Shown here piece by piece: positions 38,378 to 47,342 of a DNA stretch of 52,834 nt (position 1 is its first letter; each line of letters starts with the position of its first letter). The stretch is from Fimbriimonadales bacterium (GTDB taxonomy: Bacteria > Armatimonadota > Fimbriimonadia > Fimbriimonadales > ATM1): contig JBPCLO010000016.1 in assembly GCA_051003155.1 (NCBI GenBank), positions 1-52,834 on the forward strand, read 5' to 3'. Under the pieces are notes generated by a model. The model made no database searches, was not told the DNA's origin, and saw nothing but the letters and a program-made list of their open reading frames with translations. The position numbers and the translations under genes were made by a program.

Positions 38378-38923
38378 AATGGGACTGCGCATGACGCCTT
38401 GAACCGCGTCGTGGCATCGGATTCTTTCAAGGGCTCTCGATATTCGCTTCCTCGCCTGGGAAGCGCTAATACTCGTAAACTCAGCGATTTCGTCCGAGGA
38501 GAGTTGCATCACGAAGCGCAGATCGAGCAACTGGCGCTCGCTTGGCAGCATATCTTCCATTGCGGTGAAAATGGCGTTCCTTAAGCAAGGGTCCGTTTCG
38601 GAAACAGGCCGTGCCAGATCGCCCGGTAAGGCACGTGCTTGCCGGCGGTGCCCACTCCTATAGCCGCGAACGACATTCCAGGCGAATCCGCTGATCCATG
38701 CCTCGAAAGAACCTCGGTACGGGTTGAAAGCACGAAGTTGCTGAACCACCTCCACCGCACAGGATTGCGCGAGATCGTCCATTTCCTGTTTTGCGAAACC
38801 GAATCTGCTGACACTGCGGCGGGACAGTGCCAAAACCATTCGACCCATTTCATCTTTGGCGACAGGACACCCTGACAAATACGCGCTTATGCGAGCATGC
38901 AGGCCTTCGTCCCGCTGGTTCAA
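38369..38923 (-). CDS. ECF-type sigma-70 factor, paralog of 33928..34503
   Basis: DDLAQSC..EV..F.P.RGSF.AW.SGFA.N.VR; SSDEIA...QARKRISRA.ER.R.H. Confidence 0.88.
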   Translation of the reverse strand: MNQRDEGLHARISAYLSGCPVAKDEMGRMVLALSRRSVSRFGFAKQEMDDLAQSCAVEVVQQLRAFNPYRGSFEAWISGFAWNVVRGYRSGHRRQARALPGDLARPVSETDPCLRNAIFTAMEDMLPSERQLLDLRFVMQLSSDEIAEFTSISASQARKRISRALERIRCHDAVQGVMRSPILG

Positions 38924-39244
38924 CTATTTCTCCCCTCTCGACAAATTGGGTCGTATAGAACGCCCAAAAATACAATATAGCATATTGGGCGGGGGTCGGA
39001 TAAATTGAAGTGCTCCCCCGCCAAGCCTGTTCGGCGACATTGCCGTCAGAAGGTGAGTATGCCGCTCGGCCCTACCAACCCGCTCACCCGATAGGATGAA
39101 TTGTCGCGAAGAAAAGTCTCGCTCCCCCAGCCCTCGTCACTCTCCGCTTTGTAGGTTTGCTAACCAGTCGGAAGATCAGTGGCTCGTCAGGGAACCCGCC
39201 TTCTACCGGTCCTTGTCACCGGCGCATACACACATCATGCGCGC

Positions 39245-39281
39245 AAAAAACCACCGGTGGGCCTTTAGCCCTAGCGGCGGT
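39245..39281 (-). terminator. Intrinsic terminator after the aldehyde dehydrogenase
   Basis: Minus strand ACCGCCGctaGGGC-taaag-GCCCacCGGTGG followed by T6. Confidence 0.6.
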
Positions 39282-39307
39282 AATTTGCCGAGCCATAAAC
39301 CCCCTAG

Positions 39308-40843
39308 TTAGAGTTCGACGCCCAGTCCCTGCGCCATCACGATCTCGCGAGCATGGTTAACCGTGAACGCGGTGCGGTGGGTCACGGCATCGATCAGCCC
39401 CTCGGCAGACGGGTGGCCGTTCCCCGAGTTCTTGACCCCACCGAACGGAAGGTGAACTTCGGCGCCGATCGACGGAAGATTTACGTAACCCAAGCCGTAC
39501 TCAGCGTGGTCGCGGACGTAGCGCCACTTGCGATAGTCCTCCGTGCAAACTGCCATGGCAAGGCCGTAGTCGGTGTCGTTGTAGACATTCACGGCCTGCT
39601 CGACGCCATCGACTGGAACGATCGCGACGTGCGGGCTGAACGCCTCCTGGCGGAGCGAGAACGTGCCGGGGCGGTACTCCATGCGATACACGAACGGTGA
39701 AACGAAGTTGCCATTGGCGTACTCACCATCGTTCAATCGGCCACCGTCGCGAAGGACGGTTGCGCCTTCTTCCTTGGCTTTCTTGTTATGGAATTCGAAC
39801 TTCTCGACACCCGCTTCGTTAATCAACGGGCCCATGAACACGTCGTCCCTAAGGCCGTTGCCGATCCTGATCCGATCGACCATGGTGAGGAACATCTCTT
39901 GATATTTGTCGACGATCTTCCGGTCGATAATGATACGGTTGGAAGTAACACAGCGCTGACCCGTGGTCTTAAAGGCGCTGAGCACACCAGCCGGAACGGC
40001 GATGCTGAGGTCCGCGTCTTCCAGAACGATCAACGCGTTCTTGCCGCCCATCTCGGTGGCCGCGAACTTGTGTGCCTCGGCGGCCGCCTGCTGCTGAACG
40101 ATTTTGCCCACCCGATAGCTGCCGGTGAAGAGAATGACATTGAGCTGGGGGTGCTTTGTGAGCGCGGCGCCCGCCGACTCCCCATAGCCGTGAACGATGT
40201 TAACGACTCCCTTGGGCATGCCGGCTTCCTCGAGGAGCTTAATCAGCCAGTGTGCGCAAATCGGGGTTTCCTCGCTCGGCTTGAGGACAACAGTGTTACC
40301 GGAGACTAGCGACGGCGTCATCTCCCAAAGCGGGATAGCCATGGGGAAGTTCCAAGGAGTGATACAGCCGATAGCTCCCTTTGGCTTTCGGCGAATGAAC
40401 GCATCCTTCTCGCCGACCTCGCTGCTAATGATCTGCCCCACGGGCAACCGGCCCATAGCCGCTGCGTATTGAATCATGTGAAGCGACTCGACGACATCGG
40501 CTCTACCCTCGTTGATGGGTTTGCCACACTCGCGGGTAACGAGCCTGCTCATGAACTCCATGTCCCGTTTAACGAGTTGAGCGAAGTGATCGAGGAGTTC
40601 GCCCCGACGCACCCAACTAAGTGACGACCAACCTGGGAAAGCGGCCCGTGCGGCGGAAACGGCTGCATCCACGTCGCTGGCGTCGGAAACGGGTGCGCTG
40701 CCAATAATCTCCAGACTGTTCGCCGGGTTTGTGCTCTCGAATCGGTTGCCGGATGCGGCTTCCCGCCACTCGCCATTAATGTAGTTCAGCGCGTGAATCG
40801 GCTTGGTTTGTGACGCCTTCGTCTCGGGTGCTAAGGTTGCCAT
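39308..40843 (-). CDS. NAD(P)-dependent aldehyde dehydrogenase
   Basis: ITPWNFP, KPSEETP, FTGS, EMGGKN, GQRC (catalytic Cys), PFGG. Confidence 0.95.
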   Translation of the reverse strand: MATLAPETKASQTKPIHALNYINGEWREAASGNRFESTNPANSLEIIGSAPVSDASDVDAAVSAARAAFPGWSSLSWVRRGELLDHFAQLVKRDMEFMSRLVTRECGKPINEGRADVVESLHMIQYAAAMGRLPVGQIISSEVGEKDAFIRRKPKGAIGCITPWNFPMAIPLWEMTPSLVSGNTVVLKPSEETPICAHWLIKLLEEAGMPKGVVNIVHGYGESAGAALTKHPQLNVILFTGSYRVGKIVQQQAAAEAHKFAATEMGGKNALIVLEDADLSIAVPAGVLSAFKTTGQRCVTSNRIIIDRKIVDKYQEMFLTMVDRIRIGNGLRDDVFMGPLINEAGVEKFEFHNKKAKEEGATVLRDGGRLNDGEYANGNFVSPFVYRMEYRPGTFSLRQEAFSPHVAIVPVDGVEQAVNVYNDTDYGLAMAVCTEDYRKWRYVRDHAEYGLGYVNLPSIGAEVHLPFGGVKNSGNGHPSAEGLIDAVTHRTAFTVNHAREIVMAQGLGVEL

Positions 40844-40906
40844 CGTGATTCGAATTATACCGCCGGCTGGAACCTGAACGCGGTCCAGGAGGTAAGCTCT
40901 TTCGTT

Positions 40907-41722
40907 ATGCGAAAGTCAACGATTGCCGTTCTTGCCTGCGTTGCCGCAGCCATCGCCTATGCCGGCACTGCTGCTACTACGTTGAGACTTAAGCCGAAGG
41001 TGGGAGGGGTTTATCGCTACGTGACGACGACCACGACTACGGGAGGAGGGCAAGGCGGATCGCAGTCCTCCAAGCAGACCTCCGAGCAGACCGTGACGGT
41101 TAAGAACCGAGTTGCTGCCGGCTACAGAATTCACACCAAGATCACCGACGTGAAGAGCTCCGGCAACGCCGCAGGCACCTCGGACGGAGAGATGAAGAAA
41201 ATGCTAAAGGGCGTTAGCTGGGAAGTGGACGTGACGCCTACCGGGAAGGTCTCGAACATGACGACCTCTGCGACCGGCCAGACCAAGGCGATCGTGAACG
41301 CCATGCACTCGATGGACATCGGCTTCATGGGCGTCGCTTACCCCCCTGGACCGGTGAAGATTGGCTCCACCTGGACGACCACGCTCGACCTCTCCAAAAT
41401 GTTCACGGGTCTTCCGGGCGGTAACATGCTCAAGATCACGAGCGGCGGCAAGTTCCCCGTTCGCTTCAAATTGACCGGTGTCAACGCCGGCAAAGCGACG
41501 CTCGCCGTTTCCATGGCGGGCAAGACCAATATGTCCATGAATTCACCGCAGGCCGGCCAGCAAGCGCAAAAGATGACGATGGACATGAAGAGCACGGGAA
41601 CGGTGAAAGTGAACCTTGCTAACGGATTGCCTACCCTCGCCGACAACGTCGTTCACATGGACATGAAGGTCATGGGCATGAATATGAAGCAGAAGATTTT
41701 GACTTCGACGAAGATGCGCTGA
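40907..41722 (+). CDS. Secreted hypothetical protein (beta-rich, Thr/Met/Lys-rich)
   Basis: Signal peptide; LRLKPKVG..Y.Y and P..PVKIG.TW pattern. Confidence 0.75.
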   Translation: MRKSTIAVLACVAAAIAYAGTAATTLRLKPKVGGVYRYVTTTTTTGGGQGGSQSSKQTSEQTVTVKNRVAAGYRIHTKITDVKSSGNAAGTSDGEMKKMLKGVSWEVDVTPTGKVSNMTTSATGQTKAIVNAMHSMDIGFMGVAYPPGPVKIGSTWTTTLDLSKMFTGLPGGNMLKITSGGKFPVRFKLTGVNAGKATLAVSMAGKTNMSMNSPQAGQQAQKMTMDMKSTGTVKVNLANGLPTLADNVVHMDMKVMGMNMKQKILTSTKMR

Positions 41723-41747
41723 TCTCAGCCCGGTATAATAGACCCTC

Positions 41748-42014
41748 GTGGTCGATTCGAAAAACAAACCGCCGGCACAGCCTCGGTGGTGGCTGAATAC
41801 TTATTTCCTTTTTGCCATATTGCTCGCCTTGGTCGCGCTCATTGGCCTATTCCGCGGTTCCAACTTTATACGCGATCCGGGCCAACCAGCGGATACCGGA
41901 CTCGCGTGGTGGTACCTCGTCGCCGCCGCCTTGTTCTTTATTAACGGATTCGTCAGCCATCGCGCTACCGTTGCCAACTACCAATTAGCTCTCACGGAGA
42001 ACACGAATGCCTAA
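41748..42014 (+). CDS. Small membrane protein (2 TM)
   Basis: TATAAT 8 nt before GTG; two hydrophobic helices. Confidence 0.65.
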   Translation: MVDSKNKPPAQPRWWLNTYFLFAILLALVALIGLFRGSNFIRDPGQPADTGLAWWYLVAAALFFINGFVSHRATVANYQLALTENTNA

Positions 42015-42231
42015 TTGCAATGTTTGCGGTGCGCAGCTCGAAAAGATGCCCGCATGGCTCGACGATGTCGACATAAAATTTCAGTGTGGACGTTGCCGGG
42101 AGACGGCGCCGGGCGCGCTGCTTCACGAAGAACCCCTTGCCCGGGCTGAGGAAGCCGAAGAACCGGCGGTGGTCGAGGATGAACCTGAGGAGACCGAGGA
42201 AGAAGAAGCGGACTCCGAGGAAGAAGCCTAA
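42007..42231 (+). CDS. Small Zn-finger protein with acidic tail
   Basis: CNVC...CGRC, Glu-rich C-terminus, GGAG SD, overlap with the previous stop. Confidence 0.65.
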   Translation: MPNCNVCGAQLEKMPAWLDDVDIKFQCGRCRETAPGALLHEEPLARAEEAEEPAVVEDEPEETEEEEADSEEEA

Positions 42232-42968
42232 GCTTTTCTTCCCAAAATTCGGACCGCCTGCTGGTACTGATCAAGGTTGTCGACATCGGCTCCAATATCA
42301 GCGTGCTCCGTAATCACGGCACGTACGGGCGCTCCCAAGAACGAACCGACGCGCTTTTCGAGTATCGCGAGAGGCAACGTGCCTGGAACTATTTGCCCAA
42401 CCACGACCCTGAGCAGAGCTCCCAGCCCAACTTGGAGAGCCAATTTAAGTGGCAGCTTGCGGTTCGCATGCGCCTTCTCCAACACGGGAAAAATACGCTT
42501 CATAAGATCGGTGTTTGCTAGTGCGATGTTTCCCCCGGTAAACCGCCCTTCTCGGAGCTTTATCGATGTTCGCCGCATACCGGGGAACGCACGTTCGCAC
42601 GCTTCCACAGGAATGACCGGATAATTCAAAGCCATCTCCGGATCGCACTTCGCCAAAAATGCCGCGACGGAGCTAGCTGTCAGAAACGGCAAGTCGGCGG
42701 CGGCCAGGAGGAACGTCTCGGAAGCGACCCGATCTAGGCCATTGCCGAGACTCCCGATGAAGCCGTTGCCGGCCGGCGCCGTCAGGCAGCCTTCGACCTC
42801 GTATCCAACCACGATCGTTTGGCCATCGCCACCGGCTTGCCTCAATTCGTCGGCGACGTGTTGAGCCGTCGGCTTGCACCGCACGGGAAGCTCTGCGCGC
42901 AGATTGCAGCCTGTCGCCTCGCGAAGATCGGCCGAGCACACTCCGCCGGCGAGTATTACTCGGTCCAT
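42228..42968 (-). CDS. MobA-like NTP-transferase family protein
   Basis: MDRVILAGG, AADLPFLT, MRRT..L.EG.FTGGN, RK.PLKLA, DVD. Confidence 0.8.
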   Translation of the reverse strand: MDRVILAGGVCSADLREATGCNLRAELPVRCKPTAQHVADELRQAGGDGQTIVVGYEVEGCLTAPAGNGFIGSLGNGLDRVASETFLLAAADLPFLTASSVAAFLAKCDPEMALNYPVIPVEACERAFPGMRRTSIKLREGRFTGGNIALANTDLMKRIFPVLEKAHANRKLPLKLALQVGLGALLRVVVGQIVPGTLPLAILEKRVGSFLGAPVRAVITEHADIGADVDNLDQYQQAVRILGRKA

Positions 42969-43780
42969 TCCGGTTCCCCGAAAAAGTCGATGGTTCGCGT
43001 GGCAACGGCCCACATCCCCTCGCCACGCAATCGTGCGGCGACGCCTGCGGCGATTTGTTCCGATTCGAAAGTGCCGAAGACCGCCGATCCGCTGCCGCAC
43101 AAGAGCGCTCTGTCAGCGCCCCTCGAAAGCAGCCGGTCGAACAGTTCGAGAGCCTCACACTCGGCGACGCGCTCGAAATCGTTGTAGAAGCGGTCTTCGC
43201 CCGGCCATTTGCGAAATGGTCTATCGATCTCCTCAAGCTTCCGATAAGCGTCAGCGGTGGACATTCCGTCGTGGCCCTGCACGATTACCAAGGGCGACGG
43301 GGGCGCGGCAGCAACTATCGAGAGCACTTCCCCCCTCCCGCTCGCGCGAGCGCGCGGCTTGCCAAGGAGAAAGAAAGGTACATCGGAGCCGCAAGCCGCG
43401 CCTACGGCGAGCATATCCGGCTTCGAGAGCACTCCGCCGAGCCACTCGTTGACGCCACGAATGACCGCGGCGGCGTCGGAACTGCCGCCCCCCAAGCCCG
43501 CTTCCAAAGGAATATGCTTTTGGATGTCGATGCGCAATTTCGGCACGTCGACTAACTCGGAAATGAGGCGTAGAGCCTTCCACGCGAGGTTCATTTCACC
43601 GGAGAGTTTGGGAATCGAGCAGGTCAATTCGAGCGATTCGGCGACCGCGAACTCGACGACGTCGTGCAGTTCGATCGCTTGGAGGATCGTGCGAACTTCA
43701 TGAAATCCGTCGGGCCGCAAAGGGCCCACGGCCAGAACCGGATTGATCTTCGCGTGGGCTTTGATTCGCAATCGCTTCAC
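42956..43780 (-). CDS. ispE: 4-diphosphocytidyl-2-C-methyl-D-erythritol kinase
   Basis: AKIN, DGFHE, KHIP.EAGLGGGSSDAAA, GSDVPFF, GSGS. Confidence 0.93.
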   Translation of the reverse strand: MKRLRIKAHAKINPVLAVGPLRPDGFHEVRTILQAIELHDVVEFAVAESLELTCSIPKLSGEMNLAWKALRLISELVDVPKLRIDIQKHIPLEAGLGGGSSDAAAVIRGVNEWLGGVLSKPDMLAVGAACGSDVPFFLLGKPRARASGRGEVLSIVAAAPPSPLVIVQGHDGMSTADAYRKLEEIDRPFRKWPGEDRFYNDFERVAECEALELFDRLLSRGADRALLCGSGSAVFGTFESEQIAAGVAARLRGEGMWAVATRTIDFFGEPEWTE

Positions 43781-44019
43781 ACTTTCACTCCGATCACGAG
43801 GGACAGCACGATGATGGCCACCGCGGAGAGCAGGCTAATTCCTGGATAAGTGTGTCTTCGTACCAGCAGCTCGATACCAGTGGCAAGCGACGCGACCAGA
43901 GGGGTGAGCAAGGTAGCCACTACGGCGGTTTCCTCTTGCCCGGGCCATAGCGCGAGGATGACGAAGGCGATGAGCCCCGCGTAAAGGCATGCCAAAGTCA
44001 GCCTCCCTAAGCCAGCCAC
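43777..44019 (-). CDS. Small membrane protein (possible DUF1634-like TauE partner)
   Basis: 3 TM segments; overlaps both neighbours. Confidence 0.55.
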   Translation of the reverse strand: MAGLGRLTLACLYAGLIAFVILALWPGQEETAVVATLLTPLVASLATGIELLVRRHTYPGISLLSAVAIIVLSLVIGVKV

Positions 44020-44783
44020 ACACCCAACACCCCTCTAAACAACAAAAAAGCGTTGACGAACATCAGCACGGCGAAAGCGCGGCGCAAATAGTCCCCGCGG
44101 ACGAGCCCGCTCAAGCGAGCGCCCACTTGCGCTCCAACGAGTATTCCGAGGGCAGTCGGAATCGCCAAGCCTGCGTCCATCTGCCCCTGCTTGAAGTAAA
44201 TCAGAGCGCTAGCCGCCGCGGTTAGTCCGATGAGATATGTGCTCGTAGCGGATGCTGTACGTTGGGGGAGAGACAACAATAGTACCAAGACCGGAACGAA
44301 GACGATTCCGCCGCCCACACCGAGAAGCGAACTCAAGAGCCCACCGCCAACGCACGCCAGCCCGGCATACATCCAACTCTTTTGCCCCGACACGCTTTCT
44401 GCCCTTTGCGGCAGCAGCATCCGAATTGCAACCAGAACGACTGTGATGGCGAAGAGAAAGCGGATAACCTCGTCGTTTAGCCTCCCACCAATGAGCGCGC
44501 CGATGACGGCACCGATCGCTGTCGGGAGCTGTAGATAGCTCGCGCTGACCAGGTCCGTTTCGCCCTCGCGGAGGTAAACAAGGCTGCCGGCCATGCTCGT
44601 CACGCACACGGCTACCAAGCTGGCTGTGCGCGCGTGGATCGCATCTACACCGAAAAAGGAAATAAGGACGGGCACCAGGATGATGCCGCCACCGACTCCC
44701 AACATCGCTCCCAAACCTCCGGCGAACGCAGAAACGACCCCTATCAGCCAAAGGGCCGTGGTCGAAAGTTCGTTTGCCGACAT
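44007..44783 (-). CDS. Sulfite exporter TauE/SafE family permease
   Basis: Duplicated LGVGGGI.(L/F)VP motifs, A..(T/A)S, multi-TM. Confidence 0.9.
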   Translation of the reverse strand: MSANELSTTALWLIGVVSAFAGGLGAMLGVGGGIILVPVLISFFGVDAIHARTASLVAVCVTSMAGSLVYLREGETDLVSASYLQLPTAIGAVIGALIGGRLNDEVIRFLFAITVVLVAIRMLLPQRAESVSGQKSWMYAGLACVGGGLLSSLLGVGGGIVFVPVLVLLLSLPQRTASATSTYLIGLTAAASALIYFKQGQMDAGLAIPTALGILVGAQVGARLSGLVRGDYLRRAFAVLMFVNAFLLFRGVLGVWLA

Positions 44784-44792
44784 TTCCGAAGC

Positions 44793-46328
44793 TTAGCGGA
44801 AATTCCTGATTTGTGCGTCGAACATCGACTTCAATTCTGCGGCCCTGGCGTCGTAAGCTGTAGGATCCGACCACGTCTTTCTCGGATCGAGCACCTCGTC
44901 GGGAACCTGCGCGCACGACTTCGGAACGGAAAACCCGAACACCGGATGTGCCCCAAATTCGACGTCGTCCAACCCGCCCGACAGCGCCTGTTTCACCATG
45001 GACCGCGTGTGGTGGATGTTCATGCGGTGGCCGACCCCGTAGGACCCGCCGGTCCAGCCGGTATTTACGAGCCAGACTTTCGCACCGTGCTTGCGGATCT
45101 TGTCGCGAAGCATCTCAGCGTAAACGGTCGGATGCAAGGGAAGGAACGGAGCGCCGAAACAGGTGCTGAAGGTTGCGGTTGGCTCCTTTACTCCGGCTTC
45201 GGTCCCGGCGACCTTCGCCGTGTAGCCGAGCAGGAACTGGTCCATCGCTTGGTCTTCTGTGAGCCTACTTATCGGAGGTAGAACGCCGAACGCGTCGGCG
45301 GTCAGGAAGCAAATATTGACCGGATGGCCCCCGACGCTCGGAACGACCGCGTTCTCGATAAAATCCACCGGATAGCTGACACGCGTGTTCTCGGTAATCG
45401 AGGCATCTTCGTAATCGGGGGTGCGATCTTTCTTCAGAATCACGTTCTCCAAAACAGACCCGAAGCGGATCGCATCCCAAATCTGCGGCTCGCTGTCTTT
45501 GGAGAGGTTGATGCACTTGGCGTAGCAGCCGCCTTCGAAGTTGAACACGCCGTCCTCGGTCCAGCCATGCTCGTCATCCCCGATGAGCCGCCGGTCGGGG
45601 TCGGCGCTGAGCGTCGTTTTTCCTGTACCGCTCAGTCCAAAAAACAGTGCCGTATCGCCTGCTGCGCCGATATTTGCGGAGCAGTGCATGCTCAGGACGC
45701 CCTTGATGGGAAGGATGTAATTGAGGATCGTAAAGACCGACTTCTTCATTTCACCCGCATACTGGGTGCCACCGATCAGCACGAGTCTTTCGGCGAAGTT
45801 TAGGATGATGAAGGCCTCGCCCTGCGTGCCGTCCATTGCCGGGTCGGCGGTCATCTCCGAAACGTCGACGATGGTCCAATCAGGCATAAACGAGGCAAAC
45901 CCGGCCGTATCGGGACGGATCAAAAGGGTTTTGATGAAAAGTGCGTGCCACGGCTTTTCGACGATCACGCGGACGTTGATTCTATGGAGCGGGTCGGCGC
46001 CACAGTATGCATCGACCACATAGAGGTCCCTTCCATTCAGGTACGCGGCAACCTTGTCCTTCAATGCCGCAAATTTCTCTTGCGAGAACTCCCTGTTATT
46101 GTCCCACCATACGCGGTCTTGACTGCCCGGCTCGCGCACGATGTGCTTGTCTTTCGGCGTTCTGCCGGTGTACTTTCCGGTTCGCGTCACGAGCGCTCCT
46201 TTTGATGCGAGAACGCCCTCTCCTTTGCGCAAGGCGTGCTCCACGAGTTCCGCAGACGGCAAGTTGTAATAGACCGATCCCGCGGTATCGAGATCGAAAT
46301 GTGAAGTAAATTGGGCAGTGGTCGCCAA
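44793..46328 (-). CDS. pckA: Phosphoenolpyruvate carboxykinase (ATP)
   Basis: YAGEMKK, MHCSAN, GLSGTGKTT, IGDDEHGW, FNFEGGCYAK, ENTR. Confidence 0.97.
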   Translation of the reverse strand: MATTAQFTSHFDLDTAGSVYYNLPSAELVEHALRKGEGVLASKGALVTRTGKYTGRTPKDKHIVREPGSQDRVWWDNNREFSQEKFAALKDKVAAYLNGRDLYVVDAYCGADPLHRINVRVIVEKPWHALFIKTLLIRPDTAGFASFMPDWTIVDVSEMTADPAMDGTQGEAFIILNFAERLVLIGGTQYAGEMKKSVFTILNYILPIKGVLSMHCSANIGAAGDTALFFGLSGTGKTTLSADPDRRLIGDDEHGWTEDGVFNFEGGCYAKCINLSKDSEPQIWDAIRFGSVLENVILKKDRTPDYEDASITENTRVSYPVDFIENAVVPSVGGHPVNICFLTADAFGVLPPISRLTEDQAMDQFLLGYTAKVAGTEAGVKEPTATFSTCFGAPFLPLHPTVYAEMLRDKIRKHGAKVWLVNTGWTGGSYGVGHRMNIHHTRSMVKQALSGGLDDVEFGAHPVFGFSVPKSCAQVPDEVLDPRKTWSDPTAYDARAAELKSMFDAQIRNFR

Positions 46329-46453
46329 GCGATAGATCTCCTTTGATCCGCCATCCTCCTCCTGAGCCGTTCACAAGATCGCGGTAACGGGATGACTTTC
46401 GGATTGTACCTTGACTCGCCTGGCCGTCGGGCGGCGTACATATAAACATACGC

Positions 46454-46732
46454 ATGTCACAACTCACCGCCGACGAGATCCAGGCACACCTTTCGCAGAT
46501 GCACGGCTGGACGGTTCAAGACAACGAACTCGTGAAGTCTTTCGAATTCAAGTCCTATCCCGACGGGCTGATCTTCGCGGTCGCGTGCGGCCGCTTGGCC
46601 GAAAAACGCGACCACCATCCCGACCTCCTGGTTGGCTGGCGGACGGTGCGCGTCTCGTTGTCGACCCACAGCGAGGGCGGAATCACTCAGAAAGATGTGG
46701 ACCTGGCGAGCGAGATCGACGGGTTGGTCTAA
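46454..46732 (+). CDS. phhB: Pterin-4-alpha-carbinolamine dehydratase
   Basis: AEKRDHHPD, LSTHSEGGIT..D..LA..ID. Confidence 0.92.
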   Translation: MSQLTADEIQAHLSQMHGWTVQDNELVKSFEFKSYPDGLIFAVACGRLAEKRDHHPDLLVGWRTVRVSLSTHSEGGITQKDVDLASEIDGLV

Positions 46733-46825
46733 TTTGAAGGCAGCTTGTCGTTGTCGAAATCGGCCAGCCAATTCGACACGGTCAGCGTTCTTGCCATCAC
46801 CTTCTCGAATCTTCGATTGAGAATC

Positions 46826-47110
46826 ATGGGCGAAGTTGCACCACCCAGCTGAAACTCGTCATCGCGGGTGGAACAGGTCAGGTCGGAACATTACTCGGCC
46901 GCGCGTTTGCAAGCGACGGGCACAACGTTGTTGTTCTCGGACGCAGGCCCGACGCTGCGGAATGGCGCGTTGTAAATTGGGACGGAACAACTCTTGGCGA
47001 TTGGGCAAATGAGGTCGAAGGCTCAGATGTCGTCATAAATCCCGCCGGACGAATCGGCGCTGGTTTCTCTTTCGAGTTCCCGCAGTGGCCGGACGCGGCA
47101 CACGTGACTT
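46826..47110 (+). pseudogene. TIGR01777/YfcH-like NAD-dependent epimerase remnant with large internal deletion
   Basis: KLVIAGGTGQVG...WDG..LG.W..E.EG.DVVINPAGR joined directly to the C-terminal AGFSFEFPQWPDAA. Confidence 0.75.
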
Positions 47111-47342
47111 GTGCAAAAGAAGCCGCGAACGGAAGTAAGCTCAGCGGCACCACAGGTCATCGACGCTTGCTCGAGGGTTTCGACAATGACAAAGGTGGAC
47201 CCATGAGCGGCCGTCGCCCGGTGAAACGCCTGCGGAGAGCGTAAGGCAGCCGACTAATGTGCGTTCGCTAATACAAAAACGGGGACGGCTTATCAGCATG
47301 AAACCTTTACGCTCCAATACGTGCGTAAACTAATGAGCCCGG

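Noticed and set aside
39040..39300. c-di-GMP or other known riboswitch upstream of the ECF
   Set aside because: Only scattered GCAAA-like words; the required stems and tetraloop are not found, and part of the region is the ALDH terminator
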